Counted from the stretch's first letter, positions 19,717-28,485 are shown. The stretch: DNA of 64,000 nt from Vulcanimicrobiota bacterium (GCA_963805945.1 CAWDVP010000001.1:256001-320000); one strand, 5' to 3'. Made by a program: numbers and translations. Notes: generated from the letters alone by a model not told the origin.

Positions 19717-19742
19717 GGGTCGAGCTAAAGCTCGACCCCTAC
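19717..19742 (-). repeat. REP family A
   Basis: GGGTCGAGCTAAAGCTCGACCCCTAC on +. Confidence 0.8.
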
Positions 19743-19752
19743 ATAGGTCGAT

Positions 19753-20238
19753 TTATTGGGCGGGCTTGAAGACCAGCGCCACCCCGTTCATGCAGTAGCG
19801 CAGTCCGGTCGGCTTCGGCCCGTCGTCGAACACGTGGCCGAGATGTCCGCCGCAGCGACGGCAATGCACCTCGGTGCGCACCTCTAAGAACGACGTGTCG
19901 CGCGTCGTGCCGATAGCGTTCGGCAACGGCGCCCAGAAACTCGGCCAGCCGGTCCCGCTGTCGTACTTGGTCTTCGACGAGAACAGCTGGAGTTCGCAGC
20001 CGGCGCACGAGTATATCCCCGGCCGCGTCTCGAGATCGAGCGGACTGGTGAACGCCGTCTCGGTCCCCTGCTCGCGCAGCACGTAGAACTGCTCCGGCGT
20101 GAGCCGCTTCTTCCACTCTTCGGTGCTGTAGCTCACTTCGTATGTCTGCGCCGAGCGTGCGGCGCGGCGCGAATTAGCCACGCCTACGGCGGCGGCGATC
20201 GCGGCGAGTGTCCCTGTGATCCAAGTGCGTCGAGTCAT
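19753..20238 (-). CDS. msrB: Peptide-methionine (R)-S-oxide reductase with N-terminal export signal
   Basis: GTETAF, CAGC, KYDSGTGWPSF, RTEVHCRRCGGHLGHVFDDGP, RYCMNG; TRRTWI Tat-like leader; GAGGGA SD. Confidence 0.95.
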   Translation of the reverse strand: MTRRTWITGTLAAIAAAVGVANSRRAARSAQTYEVSYSTEEWKKRLTPEQFYVLREQGTETAFTSPLDLETRPGIYSCAGCELQLFSSKTKYDSGTGWPSFWAPLPNAIGTTRDTSFLEVRTEVHCRRCGGHLGHVFDDGPKPTGLRYCMNGVALVFKPAQ

Positions 20239-20356
20239 GATGTCCCTCGTCAAGCGTACTTTCTCTGTGTGGATATACGTTGTCCCGGTGGTTTTGGATG
20301 CGGGTACCCCGCCGGCGCGGGTGAATGCTCCCTATTTCGCCAAGCGTGCAAGCGAT

Positions 20357-21223
20357 ATGCAATTCAAGACCTTCAGTTGGCCGGTCAGCATCGGCCTGCT
20401 CATCATCCACTTGATCGCGTTCGCGGCGTTCTTCCCGTACTTCTTCTCGTGGGGCGGCGTTGCCGTCGCGCTGGGGCTGTGGTGGATGACGGGCGCCGTC
20501 GGGATCGCGCTATGCTACCACCGCATGCTGACGCATCGCAGCATAGAAATGCCAAAGCCGCTCGAATATTTCGCCGCGTTGTGCGGCACGCTCTCGCTGC
20601 AGGGCGGCCCCATCGAATGGGTGGCGACGCATCGCCTCCATCATGCGCACGCCGACGACGAGGGCGACCCGCACGACGCGCATCGCGGTCTCATCTGGAC
20701 GCACATCGACTGGCTCTACAAGCCCAATGATGCGCGCCCGAGCGTGGAAGAACAACAGCGCTACGCGATGGACCTGTACTCCCAACCGTACTACCGGTTC
20801 TTGCAGCGCTATCAGCTGTGGTTGCAGGTCGCACTCGGTCTCGTGCTCTTCGCGTTCGGCGGCGCGTCCTGGGTCGTGTGGGGCATCTTCGCGCGCTTGG
20901 TCTTCGTCTACCACATCACGTGGTTCGTGAACAGCGCGGCGCACAAGTACGGCTATCGCACCTACAAGACGACAGACCTCTCCACCAACTGCTGGTGGGT
21001 CGCGCTGCTCACCTGGGGCGAAGGCTGGCACAACAACCACCATGCCTTCCCGTTCTCAGCGCGCCATGGGCTGCGCTGGTTCGAGTTCGATCCGACTTGG
21101 ATCCAGATCAAAGTGCTCAAGGCGCTCCACTTGGTGCGCGACGTCAAACTGCCGTCACCCGCCATGCTCGAACGTCTCGCCGCCCGCGCCACGGGATCGG
21201 CGCGGTCGCAGCCGCAAGGATAG
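20357..21223 (+). CDS. Delta-9-type fatty acid desaturase
   Basis: His boxes YHRMLTH, HRLHH, GEGWHNNHH. Confidence 0.92.
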   Translation: MQFKTFSWPVSIGLLIIHLIAFAAFFPYFFSWGGVAVALGLWWMTGAVGIALCYHRMLTHRSIEMPKPLEYFAALCGTLSLQGGPIEWVATHRLHHAHADDEGDPHDAHRGLIWTHIDWLYKPNDARPSVEEQQRYAMDLYSQPYYRFLQRYQLWLQVALGLVLFAFGGASWVVWGIFARLVFVYHITWFVNSAAHKYGYRTYKTTDLSTNCWWVALLTWGEGWHNNHHAFPFSARHGLRWFEFDPTWIQIKVLKALHLVRDVKLPSPAMLERLAARATGSARSQPQG

Positions 21224-21247
21224 TCTCAAGGAGGCGCGGGAAAGCGC

Positions 21248-22588
21248 ATGTCGACACGCACGATCGAGACCAGCCGCCCGAGCGAGCCCGCTCCAGAACC
21301 GGCGAGCGTTTCGGCCGCACGTGATGTCGTCCAAAGACTTTTCGCGGGTATCGACCTTCCCGTCTCCGTGATCCTCGCCGACGGCACCCCGTTGTTCGCG
21401 TCAACCGCCGCGCCGAAAACCACCTTCGTCCTCGCGCATCCCGGCGTACTGCGTTCGCTCACCGCGCGCGCGTCAGATCTCGCCGCGGGCGAGGCGGTCG
21501 TGCACGGCGACATCAAGGTGCGCGGCGACGCGGAAGGCGCGTTCGCCGCCATGGACGCGATCGTCGGACTGCGCACGCCGAAGGAATGGCTGGCGATCGG
21601 CGCGCTGATCACCCGCCTGCCGCGCGCCCGCAGCGCGCAGACGGCTCAAGGAAGAGGGCCGGCCCGTCTGCATGGACGCGTGCATTCGATCGAGCGCGAC
21701 CGTCTGGCGATCTCGTACCATTACGACGTCTCCAATGAGTTCTTCGCCCTCTGGCTCGGACACGAGATGACGTACTCGTGCGCGTACTTCCGCCATGCGA
21801 CCGACACGCTTGATCAAGCGCAGGCGCAGAAGTACGACCTCATCTGCCGCAAGCTGCGGCTGCGCGCCGGCGAGCGGCTGCTCGACGTCGGCTGCGGCTG
21901 GGGCGGCTTGGTCCGTTTCGCCGCGCGCGAATACGGGGCTCGCACCGTCGGCATCACCTTGAGCCGCAAGCAGGCGGAGTACGCGCAAGCGCGCGGCGCA
22001 GCCGAAGGGCTTGATGCGCTCAGCCGTGTCGTGCTGCTCGACTATCGCGAGCTCGGCACGCTCGGTCCTTTTGATAAGGCGGCGAGCATCGGCATGGTCG
22101 AGCATGTCGGCGAAGAGCGCCTGACCGACTACTTCCGTTGCGTCTACGACGCGCTCGTGCCCGGCGGTGTCTTCCTCAACCACGGGATCGTGAAGCAGCA
22201 TGCGGCGGCGCGCGGTTTGGCGGAGCGCTTCTTCCCGCCCAACTCGCGCTTCATCGAGCACTACGTCTTTCCGGACGGCGACATACCGCGCTTGTGGAGC
22301 ATGTGTCGCGCCTCGCAGGACGAGGGTTTTGAGGTGCGCGACGTCGAGAATCTGCGCGAGCACTACGCGCTCACGCTGCGCATGTGGGTGGCGGGACTCG
22401 AGGCGCATGAGGCCCAGGCGCGCGCGCTCGTCGGGGACGAGACCTACAACGTGTGGCGTTTCTACATGTCGGGCTCCGCGCGCACCTTCGCGGTCGGCCG
22501 CATGGGCATCGTGCAGATGCTGCTCGCGAAGCGGACGGGCGACGGGCGCGCGCTCGTGCCCCCGACGCGCGACGACATCTACAAGTGA
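21248..22588 (+). CDS. cfa: Cyclopropane-fatty-acyl-phospholipid synthase family methyltransferase
   Basis: YHYDVSNEFF, MTYSCAYF, LLDVGCGWG, SIGMVEHVG, YVFPDG, ENLREHYALTL. Confidence 0.88.
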   Translation: MSTRTIETSRPSEPAPEPASVSAARDVVQRLFAGIDLPVSVILADGTPLFASTAAPKTTFVLAHPGVLRSLTARASDLAAGEAVVHGDIKVRGDAEGAFAAMDAIVGLRTPKEWLAIGALITRLPRARSAQTAQGRGPARLHGRVHSIERDRLAISYHYDVSNEFFALWLGHEMTYSCAYFRHATDTLDQAQAQKYDLICRKLRLRAGERLLDVGCGWGGLVRFAAREYGARTVGITLSRKQAEYAQARGAAEGLDALSRVVLLDYRELGTLGPFDKAASIGMVEHVGEERLTDYFRCVYDALVPGGVFLNHGIVKQHAAARGLAERFFPPNSRFIEHYVFPDGDIPRLWSMCRASQDEGFEVRDVENLREHYALTLRMWVAGLEAHEAQARALVGDETYNVWRFYMSGSARTFAVGRMGIVQMLLAKRTGDGRALVPPTRDDIYK

Positions 22589-22589
22589 T

Positions 22590-22615
22590 GTAGGGGCCGA
22601 TCTTTAGATCGGCCC
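22590..22615 (+). repeat. REP family A
   Basis: GTAGGGGCCGATCTTTAGATCGGCCC. Confidence 0.8.
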
Positions 22616-22619
22616 TCGC

Positions 22620-25433
22620 TCAGGACTTCAGCTTCGCGATAAGCTCCGCACGCGAGCCGGCTTCCATCTTCGTGAGCACGGAGGAGACGTGGGTCTCGAC
22701 GGTGCGTTCGCTGATGACGAGCGCCTCGGCGATCGCTTTGTTGGTCTTGCCCTGCACGAGCAGGTCGCAGATCTCGCGCTCGCGGGCGGTGAGCTCGCTC
22801 TTGGTCCGCCCACGCCGGTTGACGGGGTTGAGCAGCGCCTCGAGGCGGCGCGCATCGCGTGCCGCGCCGGTCCGTCTGTAGATCTCGAACGCCTCGGGCA
22901 TCTCGCCCGCGAGTTCGAGCGCCTGCGCTTCGAGCAAGGGCCAGCCGATCGCCTTGAACCGCGCCGCCGCGTCGCGCGCCGCTGCGGCGGCCGCTTCACG
23001 GTCCTTGGACCGGTGACGTTCGAAGGCGTCGAACAGCGCGAGATATGCCGGCAGCGTGGCCACTGCGGAGAGGTCTGCGGTGCGCTGCAGCAGCGCTCGC
23101 GCACGCGGCGCGTCCGCGAGATCGCCGTGCTGCGCCACCATCGTCAGCAGGCGCTCGGCGTCGCTCGGACCGGGATGCGACGTGATATGCTCGAGCGCGT
23201 CGAGCGCGCGGTGCAGCAGGGCAGCGGCTTCGTCGTGTTTGTTCTGCGCCGCGTGCCGCTCGACAAACGCGGCGAGCGCGCCGATGAGCGTCGAGTCGGT
23301 GGAGGTGAGACCGAAATCGATGAGGTCTTTCTTGGCGGTGCGACGCACCAGCTCGTCGTCGTTGAGGGCGAGCCCCAATGGGATCGCGACGCCCGCGAGG
23401 TGGATGCGAAAACTCGGCATTTCGATGCCCGCGGCGAGCGCTTCGTCGACGAGCGCCTTCGCCCGCGCCAACTCCCCTTCGAGGAGCGCGGCGTACGCGG
23501 CGTAGACGAGCGTCCAGTTGACCGTGAGACCGCCGAGTTTTGTCGCTCGCGCGATCTCCAACGCCCGTTCAAAACCGCCTCGCGCCGCCTCGCGCTCACC
23601 GATGAGCGCCATGATGCCGGCGTAGTTCCCCCAGCAGCGCACCGCCGCGCGGACGTCGCGCTCGAGCGCGGCCGCCTCGACCGCCTTCGTGGTGAATTCG
23701 AGCGCTTCGCGCGGCCGGCCGAGCCCGATCGCGAGCGACGCACGGTTCTCCCAGAAGCTCACGAGCTCGGCCGGCCGCCGCGCTGCCGCAGCGCGCTCCG
23801 CCTCGCGTTCGTGCTCGCGGGCCTTGTCGGGGTCCCAGCGATACGACGTGTGAAGACCCAGCAGCTCGACATGCGTGAAGAAGAAAGCGGGACTTGCCGG
23901 ATTCGATCCGACCAGCTCGAGCGCCAGACGACAGTCGCGCAGGTGCCCCTCTGTGTCTCCCAGCGTGAGGCGCTGACGGGCGAGACGGAGCGCCGTCCGC
24001 GCTGCATCCTCAGTGGCGTCTGCCGACCGGTAGTACGCGAACGCTTCTTCCAGCGCTCGAACCGCTCGTTCTCCGAAACCGGCTTGATGCAGCACATCGG
24101 CGAACTTGCGGTTGAGCGCGGCGCGCTGTGGGCCTGCGAGCGCGCCCGTATCGAGGGCGCGGCCGTAGCACGTCACCGCATCCCGGTAGGCGAAGAATTC
24201 AAACGCGAGATCGCCGGCGCTCTCGTTGTAGCGAGCGGCCTTCTCGGCGTCGTGCGACTGCCAGTAATGGTATGCCAGCTCGGCGATATGCGCCTCGACG
24301 TCGGCAGAGGCCTCGAGCGCGTCCCCGATGCGCCGATGCAGGCCGCGCGTCTCGGCGACCAGCAGCTCGGCGTAGAGCGCTTCGCGGATGAGCTCGTGCC
24401 GGAAGGCGTAACGGATATCGGTGCCGGCCTCCTCGACGAGCAACTGCAGACCGATGGCGCGCTTGAGCATCTCGATGACGCGCTCGATCTCGCGACCGGA
24501 GATCGCGGCCAGGAATTCGGCGCTGAAGCGGCGCCCGATCGCCGCGGCCTGCGCGAGCAGCGTCCGATCGAGATCGTCCATGCCCGCGACGCGTTCGCTG
24601 ACCGCTTGGGCCACCGAGCCCGGCAGCTGCCGGCTATTCGCGCGGTCGCCCGCTTCGACGTTCTTGAGCAGCTCTTCGGCGAACAGCGGATTGCCTTCGG
24701 CCCGTTCGCAGATCGCGCCGACCGTGACGGCCGGCAAGGGCGCCCTATCCTCCAACGCCCGTTCCACCAGCTCGCGCATATCGGCGTCGGTCAACGGCCC
24801 GAGATCGAGGCGCTGCACCTGCGGATATCGGCCGAGCTTGGCCAACACGGACCGCAGCTGGTGTCCGCGGGGCAGTTCATCAGAGCGGAAAGTGACGACG
24901 ATGACGAGTCGCGACGCCACGATGCGCGGCGCGAGATGCAGCAGCAGCTCCAAGGTCGCGCTATCCGCCCATTGGAGATCCTCGATGACCACGACCGTCG
25001 GCGTCGCCGCAGCGAAGCGCACCAGCGCGTCGGCTAAGGCGTTGAACTGGAGCAGTTTATCACGCGCGGGCTCCGCTGCAGTCACGCCCGCCTCTGCGAG
25101 CGCCGGCAGCAGCGGTGCGATCGCTTTGCGCAGCGCGGTCGCGCCGCGCAAAGCCGATGGTTCGATGACATCGAGCGTCTCGATGACGGCGAGGAACGGC
25201 GCGAAGGGAGATTGGACGTATTCGAGACAGCCGCCGACCGCGCAGCGGGCGCCGCGCCCCTCGAGGCTCGCGCAGAACTCGGCGACGAGCCGGCTCTTGC
25301 CCGCGCCGCCGTCGCCTGCCACGATGCAGAGCGAGCCCTCGCCCCGCTCTGCCGCGACGATGCGATCCCGCAGCGCGGCGAGTTGCGGCCAGCGATTGAC
25401 GAGACCCCGCCCGTGCGGAGGTGGAGTCGGCAT
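22620..25433 (-). CDS. STAND-type AAA ATPase / TPR / LuxR-HTH transcriptional regulator
   Basis: GDGGAGKS Walker A, VIEDLQWAD Walker B, EGNPLF, FRHELIREALY, C-terminal LTAREREI...TNKAIAEALVISERTVETHV. Confidence 0.9.
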   Translation of the reverse strand: MPTPPPHGRGLVNRWPQLAALRDRIVAAERGEGSLCIVAGDGGAGKSRLVAEFCASLEGRGARCAVGGCLEYVQSPFAPFLAVIETLDVIEPSALRGATALRKAIAPLLPALAEAGVTAAEPARDKLLQFNALADALVRFAAATPTVVVIEDLQWADSATLELLLHLAPRIVASRLVIVVTFRSDELPRGHQLRSVLAKLGRYPQVQRLDLGPLTDADMRELVERALEDRAPLPAVTVGAICERAEGNPLFAEELLKNVEAGDRANSRQLPGSVAQAVSERVAGMDDLDRTLLAQAAAIGRRFSAEFLAAISGREIERVIEMLKRAIGLQLLVEEAGTDIRYAFRHELIREALYAELLVAETRGLHRRIGDALEASADVEAHIAELAYHYWQSHDAEKAARYNESAGDLAFEFFAYRDAVTCYGRALDTGALAGPQRAALNRKFADVLHQAGFGERAVRALEEAFAYYRSADATEDAARTALRLARQRLTLGDTEGHLRDCRLALELVGSNPASPAFFFTHVELLGLHTSYRWDPDKAREHEREAERAAAARRPAELVSFWENRASLAIGLGRPREALEFTTKAVEAAALERDVRAAVRCWGNYAGIMALIGEREAARGGFERALEIARATKLGGLTVNWTLVYAAYAALLEGELARAKALVDEALAAGIEMPSFRIHLAGVAIPLGLALNDDELVRRTAKKDLIDFGLTSTDSTLIGALAAFVERHAAQNKHDEAAALLHRALDALEHITSHPGPSDAERLLTMVAQHGDLADAPRARALLQRTADLSAVATLPAYLALFDAFERHRSKDREAAAAAARDAAARFKAIGWPLLEAQALELAGEMPEAFEIYRRTGAARDARRLEALLNPVNRRGRTKSELTAREREICDLLVQGKTNKAIAEALVISERTVETHVSSVLTKMEAGSRAELIAKLKS

Positions 25434-25502
25434 CAGCTGGCTCTCAGCCTGACGACCGGAGGGAAGACACGCTGGTCAGTTATCTAACGTTGGCGCCCCG
25501 AC

Positions 25503-25970
25503 CTAGCGCTTGCGTTTGGACTTCGCGGCAGCCGCTTTCCCTTTGGCCTTCGGCTCCTTCTTCAGCGCTGCCGGATAGCCCGACTGGACGTGGCCACCGC
25601 CTGGCGGCCAGGGGAAGGGCAAGCGGGGGCGAGGTACTCCGGGATCGCCAGGCGCGTCCGGCCAGACATGTTGGACGTGGCCGCCGATGTAAGGATTCTC
25701 GGGGTTCGTCCGCAGACCGTGCTGGACATGGCCGCCCTGCATGGCTTTACCCTGATGCTCGGCGTCTATCTCTTGGTTGACGTCGTGCGCCCTATCCTTC
25801 GGAGGGCTCTCTTTGAAGAGGCCGACTTGCTTCATCGTCAGACCGTACGCGTCGGCCCAACCGGCGGTGTCGGCGTCGCCGTAAAAATCGTTGCGCGCGT
25901 CCTCATCAAAGGTGAGGAGCAACGCAAGCGCGGTGAATCGGTAGTAGGTGCCTGACGTTCTGCGCGCCAT
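25503..25970 (-). CDS. Putative split-borosin RiPP precursor: LigA-like borosin-binding domain, 3x GGHVQ repeats, Lys-rich tail
   Basis: AAGGAG SD; N-terminus LTFDEDARNDF...AYGLTMKQV resembles the SonA BBD pattern; lies directly downstream of a borosin methyltransferase. Confidence 0.75.
   Translation of the reverse strand: MARRTSGTYYRFTALALLLTFDEDARNDFYGDADTAGWADAYGLTMKQVGLFKESPPKDRAHDVNQEIDAEHQGKAMQGGHVQHGLRTNPENPYIGGHVQHVWPDAPGDPGVPRPRLPFPWPPGGGHVQSGYPAALKKEPKAKGKAAAAKSKRKR
25584..25736 (-). repeat. Three in-frame GGHVQ-encoding repeats in the precursor
   Basis: + strand ctggacatggccgcc (25722-25736), ttggacgtggccgcc (25671-25685), ctggacgtggccacc (25584-25598). Confidence 0.9.
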
Positions 25971-26034
25971 GATGCTACGCTCCTTTAGAAAGCACGAAGG
26001 CATTCTGACCGGTGCGTCAGGCGGCGGCCTTCTT

Positions 26035-26886
26035 TCAGCCCCGAGGGGGAACCTTCGCCTTCCGACGTCCCTTCGTGGAACGCGGCTGCACGGGTGACAA
26101 GCGCTGGAGCCCCAGCCGTCGCAGCATGCGCGCGTCGGTGGTTCCGGGCCGCTTGGGTGGCGCGTAGAGCGTGGACGTGACGCCGACCGATGCCCGTGCG
26201 AGATCCCGCAGTGCTACGCGTTGGATCGACGGCGCGGCGAGGGGCGTGGGCGCGGCGTCGTAGATCGTGACGACGTGTTTCGGACCGTACCGTCGGATCA
26301 GCTCTCGCGCGAGGATCGCCAGTCCGCTGCCGCCGTAGGTCTGCTTATGCGTGAGGTCGCCGACGACCCCGATCTGGAACAGCACGAGCGGAATCGTCGA
26401 TTCGAACTTCGGTCTGCTGATCAAGAACGATGTCGCCTCGAAGGTGAGGCAACCGCTCCTCGCCGGGTCGACACCCAGGTCTGCGAACAGGCAATCCTCG
26501 CTCGATACGCCGGGCAGCATCGCGGCGGCGCGGCCGGACTCTCTCACGCGCACGATCGCCTCCGCCGTCGCGTCGACGAAGACCCCTGGATGGCCGTATG
26601 TCACCATGCAGACGTTCTCACCGCGGCGCACGTACGAAAGGACATCTTTCACGATGGCCTCGTAGATCCGCGCCCGGATCCGACCTGGTTTGTAGTGATG
26701 ATTGAGGGGTTCGGCGGTCGGGTTCAGCCGCTTGATCATCGCGGCGGTGATGAAGTCGGTGACCAAGTGCAGGACCTTGTCGGCACGCGTGATCGCGACG
26801 CGAGCGCCCGGCGTCAGATCCCGCCCGATCTGTATCCCGGTCCCGACGACTGTGAGCGATCCGCGTCGGGTTTGCGCGCGCTTCAT
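26035..26886 (-). CDS. Borosin-type SAM-dependent peptide backbone alpha-N-methyltransferase (OphMA/SonM-like, tetrapyrrole methylase fold)
   Basis: GSLTVVGTGI, ADKV, Y-x5-R-x3-Y (HYKPGRIRARIY), YGHPGVFV, MLPGVSSEDCLFADLGVDP, GCLTFEAT, LVLFQIG motifs. Confidence 0.9.
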   Translation of the reverse strand: MKRAQTRRGSLTVVGTGIQIGRDLTPGARVAITRADKVLHLVTDFITAAMIKRLNPTAEPLNHHYKPGRIRARIYEAIVKDVLSYVRRGENVCMVTYGHPGVFVDATAEAIVRVRESGRAAAMLPGVSSEDCLFADLGVDPARSGCLTFEATSFLISRPKFESTIPLVLFQIGVVGDLTHKQTYGGSGLAILARELIRRYGPKHVVTIYDAAPTPLAAPSIQRVALRDLARASVGVTSTLYAPPKRPGTTDARMLRRLGLQRLSPVQPRSTKGRRKAKVPPRG

Positions 26887-26953
26887 CTGGGCTGCGGCGG
26901 TTCCGCACGCCCTTCGTCGCGCCCTGCGCGCAGAATTCTGCGCGTTGGGTGGG

Positions 26954-27463
26954 CTAGTTCGCGGCGGCTGCCGGTGCGCGGCGCGCGACGAGCGAGAGCA
27001 ACGCGCCTGCGACAGCGGCCACGATTATGATCCATGCTGCGTTCGGATCGCTCAAGAGCCCGAGCGGCGCTTGCGCATCGAGCGCATAGGCGCCGACGCC
27101 GCCAAAGGCGATCGCGAGCGCGGCGGCGATATTCGCGAGATTGTACTCGTAGCCGCCGTTGCTCGCCCAAAATCCCTTGCCGAAATGCACGGTGGCGATA
27201 GCGACGATCATCACCGCGATGATGAGCGCCGGGCCGACCGGATTGAGCCAGCCGAGCGCCGTGAGCAATCCGCCTGCGAGCTCACCGAAGCCGGCGACGA
27301 ACGCGAAGAGCACTCCCGGCTTCATGCCGAGGCCTTCGAAGAAGCCGCCGGTGCCTTTGAGGCCATAGCCGCCGAACCAGCCGAACAATTTCTGCGCGCC
27401 GTGCGCGAAGAAGATGGTGCCGAGCAGCAGGCGCGCGATGAGGAGTCCAATGCTTGTGATCAT
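26954..27463 (-). CDS. DoxX family membrane protein
   Basis: ARLLLGTIFFAHGAQKLFGWFGG, VHFGKGFW..NGGYEY; TATAAT 6 nt before ATG. Confidence 0.92.
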   Translation of the reverse strand: MITSIGLLIARLLLGTIFFAHGAQKLFGWFGGYGLKGTGGFFEGLGMKPGVLFAFVAGFGELAGGLLTALGWLNPVGPALIIAVMIVAIATVHFGKGFWASNGGYEYNLANIAAALAIAFGGVGAYALDAQAPLGLLSDPNAAWIIIVAAVAGALLSLVARRAPAAAAN

Positions 27464-27469
27464 GACGGG

Positions 27470-27517
27470 ATTATAGTCTTAAATGGGCCATAATGTAAGT
27501 ACGGACTATTATGACCC
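27470..27517 (-). promoter_or_regulatory. Leaderless sigma70 -10 (TATAAT) and upstream inverted-repeat operator of doxX
   Basis: ATTATA at 27470-27475 on +; GGGCCATAAT-N13-ATTATGACCC at 27485-27517. Confidence 0.55.
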
Positions 27518-27536
27518 TAAATATCGAATAGGAAAG

Positions 27537-28448
27537 TCACTGAGCGGCGCGACACTGTTGATTGCCGCTATCGGTGAACGCGTACCCGGCGATCGGCGCG
27601 AAGCGCCACGCAAACGAGTGCGGGTGCAATGTCAAGAACAACACGCCGAACGTGCCGGCGGCCCGCGACTCGCTGTTCTGTCCTATCTTTAGAAAGATCG
27701 AGTGACTGCGCCCTCCCGTGCCGACCACGAACTCGGTGATGCCGCGCGCCGTGTCCGCGGCGCCCGCAGGCGTCTGCGGCGCAAAGCGCTCGTAGTCGTG
27801 GTCGTGACCGGCCAGCACGACATCCGCATCCGCCGCGTAGAGATCGTTCCAGAACGGCGCATAGCGCGGATCGCTGTTGTGCGTGCCTGAGGAGAAGCGC
27901 GGCTGATGCCAATACGCCAGCGTGCACGCCGCGTGATGCTGCGCCAAGTCCGCGCGCAGCCAGCGTTCCTGCGGCGAGCCCAGCCCGCAACCGCCGATGA
28001 AGTCGCAATTGCCGTTGAGCGCGATGATGTGCCAGCGTCCGAGGTCGAAGCTGTAGTAGCCTTTCGCCGGCGCGCCGGCGCTGGCCCCGAAGTACGCGAA
28101 GTAGCCTTCCGCGCGCGTTGATGAATAGTATTCGTGATTGCCCGGCGTCGGGTGCGTGATGGCTTTGACCTGGCCCCACGAGGCCTGATACGAGTGCTCG
28201 AACGCTTCGAGCGCACCATCTTCATATTGCTCGTCGCCGAGCGTGAGGACTGCGTCAGGATGCGCAGCGGCGATCAGTTTGTACGTTTGTGCTGCTTGAC
28301 AGCCGCCGAACATCGACTCGATGTTCGAACCGAGATGCGGCCTGCTGTCGCACGCGATGTCGCCGGCCGCAGCGATGAGCGGATCGTGCGGCGGGGTGTG
28401 GATAGGAGCCGCTGTTACGATGCTGAGAGCTGCGAGGAGCGCGAACAC
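27537..28448 (-). CDS. Secreted metallophosphoesterase (calcineurin-like / purple acid phosphatase-like)
   Basis: AAGDIAC, LGDEQY, PGNHEY, YWHQP, LAGHDHDYER, VGTGG; GTG start with GAGGAG SD. Confidence 0.9.
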   Translation of the reverse strand: MFALLAALSIVTAAPIHTPPHDPLIAAAGDIACDSRPHLGSNIESMFGGCQAAQTYKLIAAAHPDAVLTLGDEQYEDGALEAFEHSYQASWGQVKAITHPTPGNHEYYSSTRAEGYFAYFGASAGAPAKGYYSFDLGRWHIIALNGNCDFIGGCGLGSPQERWLRADLAQHHAACTLAYWHQPRFSSGTHNSDPRYAPFWNDLYAADADVVLAGHDHDYERFAPQTPAGAADTARGITEFVVGTGGRSHSIFLKIGQNSESRAAGTFGVLFLTLHPHSFAWRFAPIAGYAFTDSGNQQCRAAQ

Positions 28449-28485
28449 GCGCTCCTCTTCTTGAGCCGAGCCGCCCCGCCTTCGA

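Noticed and set aside
22689..25037. 782-aa plus-strand ORF and similar long shadow ORFs (7940-9217, 50681-52468)
   Set aside because: Antisense to well-supported genes in high-GC DNA, with no recognisable motifs.
26035..26886. Cobalamin/siroheme tetrapyrrole methylase annotation
   Set aside because: Has borosin-specific YGHPGVF and SEDCLFADLGVDP rather than the GDP motif of tetrapyrrole methylases; no cob/cbi genes nearby; a precursor-like gene is adjacent.
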